The translations under genes and the position numbers were made by a program. From the NCBI RefSeq assembly GCF_009914755.1, contig NC_060931.1: a stretch of DNA of 64,000 nt, one strand, 5' to 3'. This document shows positions 13,780-29,660 of this stretch, piece after piece (within the stretch, counting starts at the first letter, position 1; each line of letters begins with the position of its first letter). Below the pieces are notes generated by a model. It ran no database searches. It saw only the letters and a list, made by a program, of their open reading frames with translations, and was not told where the DNA came from. The DNA comes from the human T2T-CHM13v2.0 reference genome, Homo sapiens.

Positions 13780-15930
13780 GGTAAAGATGAAAGCCATTTG
13801 AAGAGACAGAAACTATAGGAATACAGTGTAAGAGCCTGTAAGAGACTGCCCAGCCTGACAAAAGATATGGACATTGCTTTCTTAATATAGATTAAAAATC
13901 TGTCATAGAGAAAAAAATATAGCATTAATGGGGCAGTTACACTATAAAGACATCTGCTAGAAATCTAATTATACTAAAAAGCTGAGCATCAGATAAATTC
14001 TTAACTTGTCTTGCTGACAATCTCATCTCTCAAAAGGTAGTAGAAGCAAAAAGTGGAACCCTTACTTAGTTCTGACCAGCAAGAAAGAAGTGGTTGCTAT
14101 TGCAAAGTGAGAGAAAATATAAACAAAAATGGTACAGTAACATGAATTCATACTGCATGCATAACATACCTAAAGCACATATATGTAAACTTTGAAGTAA
14201 AAAATAGCTGGATATTTAATGACAGTGGATGACCACAAATTCAATATATACTCAAACTCTGTATAACTGTGGAGAAGTAATAGGAATATTTCTTTTGAAC
14301 TGTTCATATCTTTGAACCAATAATTTCACTTTAGAAATACCTGAAAAATATCTTTATCAAAAATTATAAAAATATGCAGAGATATCTGCGATAGCACTAT
14401 TTGTTATTGAAGCAAAATATAACAAAAATCTGGTGTCCAATAAAAGGACAGTATATTCACTCAATAGATCATTATGCAATCATTATGATGATAGAATTTA
14501 TGATAACATAAAAATCAAATACTATAAATAGCTTAATATAAGCTGGAAAACGTCAAAATACAAAATTTTACAAGTCCCCTTGTGTACTAAACATGCTAAG
14601 TATATATATGAATATTTTATTCAATCACTCAACAAATTTGATTAAGTGCCTACTAATAGACCAAGTAATGATCTTGACATGCAGTGAACATTGAACAAAA
14701 TAAATCAAAATACTGTCCCCATAGAGCTTCTTTTCTAGTTGGGGAAGACACAAAATGCACTATTTAGAGAAGTTATCTTTGGGTAAAGGAACTATGGGTG
14801 ATACATGAGTAATTTTTTGCTTCCTTGCCTATACTTCTCAAATGTCCCACAGTGAACATTTATCATTTTCATAATGAAAATATAAAATATTGTTTTTAAA
14901 TTAGCTGAAATGTATGCATATTTAATAAAAGTGTTATGTCTTGATTTAATAAATGTGTAATGTCCTAATCAAGGAAGGTAATAAACTGTATTATGCGCTT
15001 TTCAGATTATACCTTACTATTATGCATAGATCTAGATACCTCATTTTAATTAGAAAGTTAACAGACAAGAATGCACTCAGGGAATAATGACCCAATGATA
15101 GGAATCCTGTAAGTTATGTCAAAAGCGACAGAGCTGAGGGAATGGGGACATTTAGACTAAAAAACCAAAACCAAAACAAAAGGTGTGGTGGGAAGAAGAG
15201 TAAGAAGATCTGAGTTTAATTCTTCTTCCACCATTCCCAATAAACCTCAGAATCACTCTCACAAAATAATTTCATCCCTCTTGAGTTCCAGCTTGGGAGG
15301 GACATGGGTGTGGAGTGGGTGTGTGAGTGTCTGTGCATGTGTAAGAGTGGAGAATGAAGATAACATCTTCCCTCCCTATTTTTAACAATTGTTAAGAGGA
15401 TCAAGACCAAAAAAAAGTGTCTGCGAAAGTATATTTATTAAATGAAAAAGTCATTTGATAGAGATTTTTTATAAAGAAGAAATGTTTTTATAATACCAAT
15501 ACACAGTGAACCCCAATAATTTTTACATACATCTTGACAGGCGTTGTCTCTCTACACATACACATACACACATATATGAGTATGTTTATTTACCTTTTAA
15601 ACAAAATGTGATCATAATTTATCTAACCCTTGGTAACCGGACTTTAAAACTTGAATGATTACCATTAAACCTTGAATGACTACATAATATATGTTGTTCC
15701 AAAGAATAAATCTTCAAAAAAATCTTCAGATTTTTTACTCAGTCTGAGGTATAGATAAGTGAAACAATCTATCACCAAAAAAAAAAAAAAAAAGGGAGGA
15801 AAAAAAGAGCCCCCAGTCTCTAAGCAATCTTAAAGCAGTTACTATCTAATGTGGACATTTTGAAAGGAACTCCCTAGGGAGGCTGGACTAGATAGCTCTC
15901 AACCCTTCCCTATTGTATGAATTCTGTGAT
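13780..15930 (+). mobile_element. Scattered L3/CR1 relics (about 13780-14150, 14900-15165, 15810-15930), interleaved with L1M, L2 (about 14615-14750, minus) and MIR (about 15190-15410) pieces
   Basis: gacaatctcatctctcaaaaggtag...ttctgaccagcaagaaagaa and gagctgagggaatggggacatttagact resemble L3; very degenerate. Confidence 0.45.
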
Positions 15931-16789
15931 TTTATTTTGGTTTCATAAATTGTCTATCAAGGCCTACCTGTGGCAAAAAGCAAGAAAATCATCAGGTTTT
16001 GAGAGTCCCATGCCCTTTGCGCTTTGCATTGACACATTATCTGATGCTAACAAGCCCATGAAGTAATTGAAGTAATTATCTTTTATAACTGAAGAATATA
16101 AGGCTCGTAAAAAGTAAACAATCTGCCCGAAGACAAATATATTGCCAGTGAGTCATAAAATTAGAGTTTAAACCCTGCTTTCACAAAGTACACATTATTC
16201 ACCCTATAACAGTATCTAACTGTGCTCCATAAAGCTCCAGGGTTCTGAGGAATTGTCCAAGGGGCTGCTAGAGAGGTAAGGGCAGATTTGAGCAAGAGTT
16301 GTTCTGGGACATACACTCAGCTTTAATTAGAACAGCCTTGATTTAACTTTCATTTACTAGAGCGCTTATGAAATATTGATCCTACTGATAAAAAAAAAAA
16401 GTTTACACACACAGCATTCCACCATGTGTCTTTCCCTGTGTTTCTTCAGGGAAAGGAGCCATGAAGCTAAGGAGCCTGGAAGACTACACACAAGTCTAGG
16501 AAGTCAACAGATTGAGGCAAATGGTTCTATATGTAATGAATTAAAAGCAAGATAGAGCCAAATAAAATAGTAAAGAGTCAAGCTAACAGAGCTGTAATAA
16601 ATAGGAGCAACATGAAAGTACCCTGAGGTTCTTAAGCCCAAGGCCTATGAAGCCAGTGAGTTTAAGAGAAGTAGACAGTCAACTAGCAAGGACAGGCCAA
16701 GTCAAGGTCATCCAAGGCAACAATGGTCAGATGAATTGTATGAGTTATACTCGCAGCCAGTGTGTGACCTCTCACACTACAGCCACTCT

Positions 16790-18042
<1,253 letters not shown>

Positions 18043-18094
18043 TCTTCTGGAATTTCTTATACCCTACTTAATTCAGCAGATTTTCATTGGGCAC

Positions 18095-18450
18095 TGTCTT
18101 CGTCCATCCGGGCTATTACAAAAACAAACCTTAGACTGGGTGATCTATAAATAGTAGCAATTTATCTCTCACAGTTTTGGAGGCAAGGAAGTCCAAGATC
18201 AAGGCTCAGGCAGATTCAGTGTCCGATGAAGACTTGCTCTCTGCGTCACATAGAAGGTGCTGTGTCCTCAAATGGCAGAAGGGCAAGGTAGCTTTATTCA
18301 ATCCCTTTTATAAGGGCATTAATCCCATTTATGAGAGTGAGCTCTCATGAATTAATCACTTCCCAAAGGCCCCATCTCTTAATACTATTCCATTGCCGGA
18401 TAGGTATTAAGATATTGATTTTGTGGGGTACCGACATTTAGAGCCTACCA
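18095..18450 (-). mobile_element. MLT1A/MST-type solo LTR
   Basis: ggaagtccaagatcaagg, ttttataagggcattaatcccatt, aatcacttcccaaaggccccatctc. Confidence 0.85.
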
Positions 18451-21400
18451 AGCTCCTTTTCTATATTCTAAATAGGAGCATAAGGAAACTCAGAGAAGGA
18501 CCAGTACCTATCATCAGGAGAAAATATTTGAAAGACTAAATTTAGTTTTGTTACCATTTGTCATCCACATGCTCTACTAAATCAGCTTCATGTTGTGCCT
18601 GGACTGTCCAGGGGTCCACTCTGAGATTACTGCCCGTTATTAACTTTCTGCGCTGCCCAGGGCAGTGACTCAAGTTAGGCCTCACCCACCCCTGCTCTAT
18701 GATCCCCCCAAATATTTGTATGCTCTATTTTTATTTTACATTACATGAACTAAAAGCGATGTTCAAGTAAATTCATCTCTACCACCCTGCTAATTGTGAG
18801 GAGTACGAGGAGTGTTGCTACTGGCTCTACCTTTTTTCTCTACCTAACTTATGCCCTTCTTGAAAAAAAAAAGTATCTTAAATTAGTAAGTTATGGTTAA
18901 AAACTAAGATATGCATGTTCACACTCTGGCACCAAAGATATTCTTGATCCAGTAGTACCCCTCAAATCTTTTGTGTGGTCCAATTCCTACCCACAACTCT
19001 GAAAAATAAGTGCGGGGAAGGGCTAGAGCCACTGATAACACCTCATCTTCCCAGTCGCTCAAATCCTAAAATTTGGAAAAGGTCAATGATAGGTTAAAAG
19101 GAAAAACTCCCAACTGAGGAGAAGTCTCCATCTACCTTGTTTAGATACTTCAAAGAAGTTTTCTTAGTGCAGAAATAATTTTATGTCAGGGAAGCCCGTA
19201 ACTGTTATGTGGACTGAACACCATATAACTATTATCCTTAACAATTGGGATTATGTATGCATCCTCCTACACAGTGATTTTAAGGCAAATTGAGTAAAAA
19301 TGATCATTTTTTCTCCTATATAAAAGGGTCTCCAAATGAACCATGTTTAACCTAATGAGGCTTTAATAATAAGTATTGATTGAAACATGAAGTCATTTTG
19401 ATGGCTACACTCATCTGGATACAAATCTGAAGAACTTGGGCACTTTTTTAAAATAGTTTCCCCTAATTCCTGACCATGGAGAAGCAGTGCATCTGGGGTA
19501 CCGTCTGAAAAATCTATGTTTGTTTTACTAAGTACTTGGGTGATGCTGAAGTAGTTTTTTGGAGAAACCCCTAAAATAGGGAATAAAAGCTTTCTCAGTG
19601 TGTTTGTAAAATTAATGTAAATATTGGTCAATATGAAATAACACTGAAACACTTCCTATTTTAGAATTATGTATCAGAATTGCAGCTCATGCACCTAACA
19701 GCCCAATAACTACTGTTCTGTATAATAACTTCATTTCTAGTTTCTGGCCCCCATTCTGCTTAGATCTTGAAAACTTAACTCAGCTCTTCCTGGAATTTTT
19801 CCAGAGTGATGGCATAGTTCTAGGATCTTACACAGGATCAAGGATGAGGGAAAGGGGTCCATCTGGCTTTGGCCATCAGTACAGGTCTTTCTGCCTGTTT
19901 CGGCCTCATGGTTCAGAACATTCCAGATCCTTTTGCTACTCCTTTTGAGGTATTATTGAGATAAGAGAACTCTTTGTGGCTTCGTATGATCCCTGATGCC
20001 TGGACAGAGAAGACAGCCATTTCCACCCTTAGATTTAGCCACCCTAGCCCCTCTTCATCCCCAGCATACTATCAAGAAGCAGGACTTAACTCCCTCTCTG
20101 CTCTCTAGTCTTACAAGTCTCTCTCTTCTTCACTTTGTGATACTTATATGTCTCTAGACTAGACTAAGTCTTTCTCACTTTGTGTTTCTCTAAGACATGA
20201 GCTTGTGCATATAATTCTACATCCATCAGTCACATAAACCCAACCAATCTAGGACTTCTGGAAACCCATGCCAGGAACAGCAGTGTGCATTACACACTCC
20301 ACACAAATACTTAATGAGGCAACAATAGGTACTTGCTGAATAGGAAATACAGGAGAAAAATACACATCTAAGAAATATTATCAAAAGCAAAATTCAGGAT
20401 TTAAAATTCAGTGTAACATTAAAATTTCAGTCAAATATTCTATACCTGGTAACAAGCCAATATTCATAAATATTTTATGAAAGCTATCATTCCCATTTGA
20501 TGAAATCCATTTCACCATATTTGAAACATACCTTTATACTGTGGGATCATTTGGTTGAAAGAATCAAAAACCTCCAGGTCATGGAAGAAGGCAGTCATTG
20601 GAAGGCATTATCAGGGACAACCAAGAATAAGAAACAAAGCCAAAAGCTGGGGCACAGGAAGACTGGCATTGAAAGTCAAAAAATAAGATTACCCGTTTCT
20701 CTCATAAATTATAGGTCCCTCGTCTTTGTTATTCTCTACACATGGCCCCACTATTCTGACTTCTCTAAAGAATTGCCTTATTCTCTTTCTTTGTGGATTC
20801 CATAACTTGAAAATGGCTTTGACATTCCATTGTATTGCTTCATTCTTGGCTTATAATGAATATTCATGATAAACAGTTCAATGAACTGTACCCCAGGGAA
20901 GACCAATGGTTTGTGCATCTGCTCCTTCTGGCAGCTGTGACTGGAACAGGTTCTCTTAAAAAAAAAAACAAAAACAAATAAGTGCTTGGTCTGGAGGCTA
21001 TAATGGTATGGTCACTAAATTTGGCATGCCCATCCTGAATTCTGAAAATAATATCTGGCACTTTTAAGTCTTCCATATGCTATAAGGCATATGTTAGTTT
21101 CACTCTGGCCACAGAATGACACAAGTATGTCATTTATAATATTGATAATATTATAATAATTATGCGATAGTACATCATTTCCAACTTTACATCAATCATA
21201 TCTATAGCCTTGACTTTAGAAACCAACCAATCGAAAAATAAAAATAGAATCGAATAAAAAGCTGTCAACCTCAAATCAGCTCTTTTAGGCATAAAACATT
21301 CTATCTCAGTCAAACCAGATGTCACTCCAGTGTTGAGTGTAACAGCCAATTTTAGTTAATGTCTAGGAGTATCAAATGAATTCTGTCTTAATTTGTATCT

Positions 21401-21492
21401 CTTTTAGGTGGCCATTCAGCCATCTATAAGTTGTTTCTCACTACCAATTTTCTAAAAGCAGAAGTAACACAAATTGATTTTTAAAAGCCCTT

Positions 21493-21511
21493 TACCACTA
21501 GGTGGCACCAA
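21493..21511 (+). promoter_or_regulatory. CTCF-binding motif
   Basis: taCCACTAGGTGGCACca matches the CTCF core CCAC/GYAGRKGGC; lies in unique sequence. Confidence 0.6.
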
Positions 21512-23527
21512 ATAGCCATAATTCATAGAATGTCTCCTAAAGCCATACACCTGCCATTTAAGGATTATCATTCTTTCTTTGCTTAAAAAGAAAATATTTA
21601 TAAAAATTAAAAACAACTAATTTCTTCCTTCTTTGGAATAAGAAATACATATAATATTTTTTCCTAAATAGACTATTTTTCTTTTTTAATAAATTGAAAT
21701 ATATTCATTTAACCTTTGTGTTAATAAATTGATGGTAACATTCTTTGTTGAATTTCACAATGTTATTCATTTCCCCCATTAAATGCTTGCAGTATTCGAA
21801 ATATTTGTTTTTGTTTTGCTTAGAAATATTTAATAGGACCCTATCTAGAGATTTTGATTTTGTTAAGATCTAGATTTACTGAGTATGGTCCCTGTCATTA
21901 CAGAATATGCCTTTATTTTAATAGGGATGTTCTCAGTCCAAGGATGCATTTGGATTATGATATAGATGCTGTGGAAAAAGATGCCTCTCCCTACCTACAC
22001 TTGTAAATTCCCCTCTAATACAGGGCTTACCACACTACTTTAGGTTTTTGTCACCTTGAGGTTTGACTACTGCCATGTCCTCTACCTTGGTTGACAGAGG
22101 AAGAGCCCTAGAATATTCAGCTAGAATGAATGTGACAGCTTGTCTGTTTAGCAATGCCAACCACACAGAGCACATTATACAGATGCTCTGTGCATAGCTC
22201 TGGCTTCCAACAGTCATTCTAGGTGTTCAGTTTAATTTATACAGCTCTCCACGGCCTAGGACTTCTAAGTAAGTTATACGACATATTCATTTCCTATCCT
22301 GGCAGTTAAGGCATGTTACCAGATAGTTCCTAGATACAATGGTGAACTCAAAAGTTAGAGGTCCTTGACTCTACCACTCAATCTCATTTTCTGGCTTGAA
22401 AAGAGCTTGTTTTGCTCTATACAAGCTTTTCTTGAAAATATGGGTCCTTAAATTAAATTCTATGAATAGTATTTATTTGTGTAGATAGGGTCTAGCAAAA
22501 CAAAATGTCATGTCAGTGTTTCAACTGATAGAAATGATATTTTAGCAATAGGCATCTATTATAAAAATTATAAGAAAAATTAAGTGAAATTAACAGAATA
22601 GCAAAAACTAGCTTAAGTGTAATGTAGTTCATTATGATTATCATTCAGTAAGCATGTATTGAATGTTGAGTAAGATACTATATTAGAAACTGTAATACAC
22701 TGCAGCAAACTATACAAAACTATAATGTTATTAAATGAAAAATTGTAACAAATGTAAAATAAAAATATTGAGTTACTAATTTTTCGTTGGAATTATTCAA
22801 TATCCTTCCAACTAACTTGTTGCTTTGGTAGAATATGAAATAAAGAAAGACAAATATCTCAACATTACAAATTGGCCTGAATTTCAAGGAACTAGAAAAG
22901 CTAGGAACCAAATTCAACATGAATAAATAAAAAGAAATTAGTTTGAATAACCTTAACATATAACAAATACATACTCTGTGTATCTGTAATTTTCTCAATC
23001 AGAAACTACTCATTAGAAGAAAACAAGGGCTTAGCGAATATTTTATTTCAAATCTGTGTCTTTTCCTGAAGCAGGCATTTTAGATACCTTCTATGTCCTG
23101 AAAAAAAAGAAAATCAAATAAATTAATGACGATTTCCCTTGACCATAATCTAGCATGTTTGGGAGGGATTCCTGTGATTGCACACTTCCAAACATTAGTT
23201 AGTGAAAAGGCTCTAAGTTTATCAATAAAAATAGAGTTAAAAATGAAAAGAATGCAGGGGGTGAATGAAATGCTAAAATGCACACATTTCTTGATTTTAA
23301 TTATAATAAAATTTTTTTCTTTAATCAGAATCATGACAGTAAACACACTTTTTAACTGCCAGTGAGATGACTTTGGCAAGGGTTATACATTTAAAATGGT
23401 AAAATAACTTCTGGATGAATAAAAACAATGTATATTTAAAGAAATTTCAATGATTAAAAGTATTTAAGTTGTGCGACAAAAAGAGTTCTAGATCCTCTCT
23501 GAGTTCCCTTTTGTTTTTGTCACTTCT

Positions 23528-23900
<373 letters not shown>

Positions 23901-24058
23901 TGAATAAAAAATAGAATTATATTTGGTTTTCTGACTATCTTCAGCAAGAATGGTCTTTCAGCAGATGGTTTTCCAGGAGTGATGGAAATGTATTGACAAA
24001 GTACATTTTTGAAAACTTTTGCCTAATGTTTATTAGGATAACCAGGTGACATACTTAC

Positions 24059-24094
24059 ATTTCAGTTTGCATGTCATCTGTTTTCCACATAAGG
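24059..24094 (-). other. Candidate 36-nt exon, gene unknown
   Basis: Minus strand: tttttctgtgtcag|CCTTATG...CTGAAAT|gtaagt. Confidence 0.3.
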
Positions 24095-24864
24095 CTGACA
24101 CAGAAAAACTGACTAATAAGAAATATTGGTTTCAACGCCCAAACTTTGACTTCTCTCTAAACCTTCATTATTGGAGGTAATATTATGATCTTGCATGCTT
24201 ATAAAAATGCAGGGAAGTAACTGATGAAATTTGTTCTGTCACAAAGTCACTTGTCTCAAAATTAGATTATATTTTACTACCATATTTTGCATATAGGCTA
24301 TAGAACCATCTAATGCCAAAACAGCAGACAAAAAGTGTACGTGTATGGGGGAGTTCCATAAACCCATCATCTTGAATATATAAATTTCAAATAGCCAATA
24401 TCGGTGTGTCATTATTGACCCATTAAAAAACGAAGATTTCTGACTTAAAATATACCCTTAAAAATATATCCAGAGATGGTTGAGCAAATCCACTTGATTG
24501 AGTTCTCTACCTTTAATCCCTATTGATTAATACTAGTGGCTAATATTTGTAGAGAATGTACTCAAAGTATCAGGAGCTATACTAAGCACTTTACATTTGT
24601 TGTCTACTTTTTTTTGTAAGATGCTATCAGTAGAGATTATATACACAAATCTTGGACAAGATCACACATCTGACTGTCTTAGATTTGAACCCATACAGTT
24701 AGACAAGACAGCCTATATTTTAAATCATTTCACTATAGAGCTCTGAATTTAATACCATGGTTTCTACATTAGTTTAATTAATCTTTTTAATAAACAAGTA
24801 ATGATTTTTAAGATATCTTTCATTGCTATGATAACCCCTTTTTTTTAGTTTCTCTTAGTTTTGT

Positions 24865-24995
24865 CTTTTTTTTTAAGAGACAGATTCTCACTATGTTGCC
24901 CAGGCTGGCCTCAAACAACTTCTGGGTTCAAATAATCTTCCTGCCCTGGCCTCCTGACTAACTGGGACTACATGCCCAGGGCAATGTGCCTGGCT
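24865..24995 (-). mobile_element. FLAM/Alu monomer
   Basis: gagacagattctcactatgttgcccaggctgg...cctggc. Confidence 0.85.
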
Positions 24996-25193
24996 TATTC
25001 TTTCTATTTATACAGCAATTAATGAATACCTATTTATTGGAAAGGATTTAAGCAATAGCTATAAAATGTTAAAGTGCTCTCTCACTTCTGCATTCCAAGT
25101 TCCCAACTGAAAGGCAACATATATTAAAATTCTGTTGTCTGTAATTTAAGTTCTCTTGCTAAGAACTAACACACATATACATAAAAGTATAGA

Positions 25194-25465
25194 GGCCAGG
25201 CATGGTGGCTCACACCTGGAATCCCAGAACTTTAGGAGGCCAAAGCGGGTGATCACTTGAAGCCTATGTAACAAAACAAGACCTCATCTCTACAAAAAAA
25301 AAATTAAAAATCAGCCAGGCATAGTGGCGCATACCTCTAGTCTCAGCTACTTGGGAGAGTGAAGTAGCAGCATAGCTCAAGCCCCAGAGTTTGAGGCTGC
25401 AATGACTATGGTTCTGCCACTGCACTCCCACAGAGTGAGACTCCATCTCCAAAAACAAAAAGAAA
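25194..25465 (+). mobile_element. AluJ with internal deletions
   Basis: ggccaggcatggtggctc...gagactccatctccaaaaa. Confidence 0.85.
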
Positions 25466-25790
25466 TATTTTGTGAAAACATAATTATACTATACCCATTC
25501 TTCCAGTAATATATTTTAATATCTACATATCTTGCACTTTCCTTGTAAGTAGTTATGAATCCTGCACAATTTTTTCATTTGTTGTCCAGTATTATATAAT
25601 TTGGAAGCAGCATATTCATTGACTATCGCCTACTTAACAAATATGTAGTATATCTTCATTTACCTTTTTCTCTAATAAACAACTCTAAAAGTTACATCCA
25701 TATACATATTACTGCTGCACATATGTCTTTCTTTAAATAGATTCCTAGAAATGGACTTGTGTAGTCCAAGATTATATCTATCTATCTATC

Positions 25791-25983
25791 TTTTTTTTTT
25801 TTTTTTGACAGTCTCATTCTGTCGGCCAGGCTGGAGTGCAGCAGCGCAATCTCAGCTCACTGCAACCAACTTGTGCCTCAGTCTCCCTAGTATCCTGAGT
25901 AGTTGGGATTACAGGTGCCTGCCCCCATGGCCAGCTAATTTTTGTATTTTTAGTAGAGATGGGGTTTTGCCAAGTTGGCCAGG
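25791..25983 (-). mobile_element. Truncated/deleted Alu
   Basis: Poly-T, ccaggctggagtgcag, gctaatttttgtatttttagtagag. Confidence 0.85.
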
Positions 25984-26206
25984 TAGATATATTTTTGATA
26001 GCTACCATCCAACCGATCTTTCAAAGTACTTTTACCCTTTATACTCTAACACTGTATTGACAATGCAGTTGTCTGTACTCTTACAAACACTAAAATATAT
26101 TAATTTTAGAGTTTGTTTTGTATGGTTTGACAATGTGATGGAAAATAATATTGGATTGTTGCTTAAATTTCCACATTTCTGAATACCGAAGAGAGTATTC
26201 AATACA

Positions 26207-26568
26207 GATTTAAACTAAATGTTTGTGTCTCATCCAAAATTCACATATTGAGATCCTAATCCTCAATGTGGTGGTTCTGGGAGGTAGAGCCTTTGGAAGA
26301 TGATTAAGTCATGAGGATGGAGTCCTCGTGAATTGAATGAGTGTCCTTATAAAGAAGATCCCAGAGAGCTCTCCTGACCTCTTTGTGCCATGTAAAGACA
26401 CAGCGAGAAGTCGGCAGTCTGCAACTCAGAAGAGGGCCCTCACCAGAACCCAGTCATTCTGGCACCCTCATCTCAGACTTCCAGCCTCCAAAACAGTGAG
26501 AAATAAGTTTCTGTTGTTATAAGCTGCACAGTCTATGGCACATTGTTATAGCAGCCTAAATTAAAACA
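26207..26568 (+). mobile_element. MLT1A-type solo LTR
   Basis: aaatgtttgtgtc...ccaaaattcacatattgag...gacttccagcctccaaaacagtgagaaataa. Confidence 0.85.
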
Positions 26569-27759
26569 ATTGGTAAAATAGAAATTTTACCATTTTCTAA
26601 CTTTGTTATAACTGGGTATGACCCAGACATAATTTGTTTGCATACCACAGTAATTTCTTTTACAGTTTATACATTTTGCCAATGTTTAACTATTAAAAAG
26701 GTTTAGGTAAAAATACAGATTTACAGCTTCTTTCAAAAGATCAAAAGATCTAGCAACATTAAGTCTGTATTCTTCAGTGACACAGTCACAAACACCAAGC
26801 AGTAGCTATATGGTCTAGATAGAGCATGCTTTCTTCCATTCCCCTTGGCTGGCCTAAGTTCCTCACTTTTATTTCCTACAAAGCCATTAGACAACTGGAG
26901 TTAGCTTCCCCTGAACTAACCCAGCCACCAAGTGAGACAGGTGGCTCTAGAAAAGGAAAACTCAACAAAACAAAAATGCTCATAAGATGTTTTATTTTAC
27001 CTGGTTTGCATAAGAGTGGAGTATTTTAAAATTTGTTATAGAAATTTTCATAGAAGCAGGGAGAATATTATAATGAAGCCCCCATGTAAATATTAGCCAG
27101 TTAAACAATTATAAAAATCCGGCAATTTTCAGTTATTTTTGTGGTCCTTGTTGAATATATGATGCATATGTGCTAACAGACATTTTTACACACCGATTGT
27201 TCTCCTGCTGTGCACTATAGTTCCTACAAGGTGCTTTATGATTGGCAAATCATTCACTAAATCCTTCAACACCTCTTTACTGATAAAGAAGACTTCCTTT
27301 ATTCAAATATCATTTGGGCCAATTTAAATTCACCTCTAGGCAGAGATTTTTTAAAGTTCTATAAGAGGATATTAGTATAATTAAAAGAGCACAAATAATA
27401 GTAGATATTTTCTTTAGTATATACTATCTTCTAGGCCCTCTGCCACAGATTAACACACATTACTTTATTATAACCATCCAGCAAAATAGATATTGGCCCC
27501 AGTTTTATAAAGGAGAATATTGATTATCAAAATCCAAAGTTTCATAATGAAATAAGTTTATTATTTTATTGACAGAAGCATTTCTCATCAGAAACATTAT
27601 AAAAGTGAAATTTTAAACACATCTATTACCTTGGACTATACAATTAATTTTTTAAAATTTTGATCTAGACTGGCATTGATGTACTCAAGTACATTAATGT
27701 ACTTCCAGGTACTTCCAGGTAAACAGGGAGTACTTCCAGGTAAACAGGGAGTAGACACA

Positions 27760-29050
27760 GAGGGACTGCCTGCTTAAAAAAAATGAAATGGGACCCAGAA
27801 TCTCATGATAGAATATCTAAAATGTCCAAAATGCAATTGAAAGTTATTCATTATACCAAGAACCAGGAAAATCACAAAACGAATGAGAAAAGACTATCAA
27901 CAGATAGCAATACCAAGATGAATCATATATTGTTGGAATTATCTAACAAATATTTTAAAGAAGAACATCACAAATATACTTCAACAAGTAATTGTGAATT
28001 ATCAAAACAAATGAAACAATAGAAAATCTCAGCAAAGAAATGGAAGCTATTTAAATAAAGAAAACAATTTATAGACTTGAAAAATATAAAAACTGAATTA
28101 TGGAGGTTGCGGTGAACCAAGATTGTGCCACTGCACTCCAGCCTGGGCAACAGAGCAAGACTCTGTCTCAGAAAAAAAAAAAAAAAAAAAAAAAAACACT
28201 GGATGGGTTCAATAGTAAGATGGAGATGACAGAAGGTAAAATCAATGAACTTGAGAAGCAATGAGTAGAATTTACTCAATATAAACAATTAAGCAAAATA
28301 GACTGAAAATATAAACACAGTCTCAGATACCTGAAGGACAATGCAAAAAAAGCTAACATTTGTATCACTGGTGTCCAAGAAGCAGAAAAGGGAGACACAA
28401 TGGAACTAAAGAACTATCTGAAGATATAGTGACTGAAAAATCCCCAAATTTGGTAAAAGACATGGATCTACAGGTTAAAGAAAATGAATGAATCATAAAA
28501 AAAAAAAAGAAATCCAGGTGAGGATACATCATAGTTAAATTTCTGACAACAAAAGACAAAGAAAAAATATTTAAAGCATACAAAGAGAAGCAATTCATTA
28601 CCTATAAGGGAAGGCCAACTTATCAGACAATGGATTTATCATCTGAAATTACGGCGGTCATAAGAAAGTTACACATTTTTCAAGTGCTAAAAGAAAAAAA
28701 AACCCTTAACCATGATTACTTTCTCCAGCAAAAATATTCTTCAGGAATAAAAGGAAAATAAAGGCATCCTCAACCAAAGGGAAATTATGAGAATTTTTGC
28801 TAGCTAACCTACCCTTAAATGTTTAGAGGTAGTTCTCTATACAGAGAGGAAATAATAGCAAGAGACTTAGAATTTAAGAGGAGAAAGATAAATGTCAGAA
28901 TGTGTAAAATGTGGGATAAATTTAATATGCATCCTACTTCATGTGAGTTTCTTGAATCAATTTTTATGGTTGAAATGAAAATTGTAACACCAATTGGTAC
29001 GGTCTTCAACATATGTAGAGGAAATGCTTAAGGCACTTTTATTTGAAATG
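27760..29050 (+). mobile_element. Old L1M 5'/ORF1 relic
   Basis: ctggatgggttcaatag, aatccccaaatttggtaaaagaca, caagtgctaaaagaaaa ORF1-like motifs. Confidence 0.7.
28101..28196 (+). mobile_element. 5'-truncated Alu (3' end only)
   Basis: ggaggttgcggtgaacc...gactctgtctc followed by a long A tail. Confidence 0.9.
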
Positions 29051-29299
29051 TGGGTGTGCCACTAGTCTACTAAAGAAAATTATTATCTGATATACAGGAA
29101 CTCTACATAGTTCCTTAAAGAAGTTACATCAGTGTGAACTGACAGGAAGAGAGAGTACAAAATCAAAAAAGGTCTTTAGACTTCCTAATTTCCATGGGCA
29201 GGAGGTAGGATGAGAACAGAGACCATTGCTCTGTGTCAAACATAGGCCATTTATTTATTTATTTATTCATTCATACATTCATTCATTCATTTTAAAAGG

Positions 29300-29660
29300 C
29301 AACTTAGAGAACAAAACCAGAAGACCAGAGAACAAATTTAAATGTTTCGGAGAATCATTCCCAAAAAGCAACTATAGGCCCAAACCAAGGGATTGACAAT
29401 ATATGTTAGGCTGGATTTCAGAATCACTGTGGATCAGTGACTGACTGCTATGTGCCTTTTATTTTCCTCTTCTTTGAACAGAGATGTCTATTGCAACTTC
29501 CTGTCTCACCATTGTATGTTATATATGCTGGTGGAGAGGGTCATATAACTTGTGTCTTTAGTTTGCAGGTTTTCAGATTGAGAGAAAACCTACTTGAGGA
29601 GCTGTACCTGAAGAATCTCACCAGAAAACGTTGTCCCCATGTCTGCCTTGCTTGCACATG
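29300..29660 (+). mobile_element. MaLR (MLT1) internal-region relic
   Basis: gctggatttcagaatcactgtggatcagtgactg...ccattgtatgtt...ataacttgtgtctttagttt. Confidence 0.55.

Noticed and set aside
16428-16520. Good plus-strand acceptor (tctttccctgtgtttcttcag)
   Set aside because: No convincing donor downstream
22165-22193. Hairpin cacagagca...tgctctgtg as a possible ncRNA
   Set aside because: The stem is only about 9 bp, which is expected by chance
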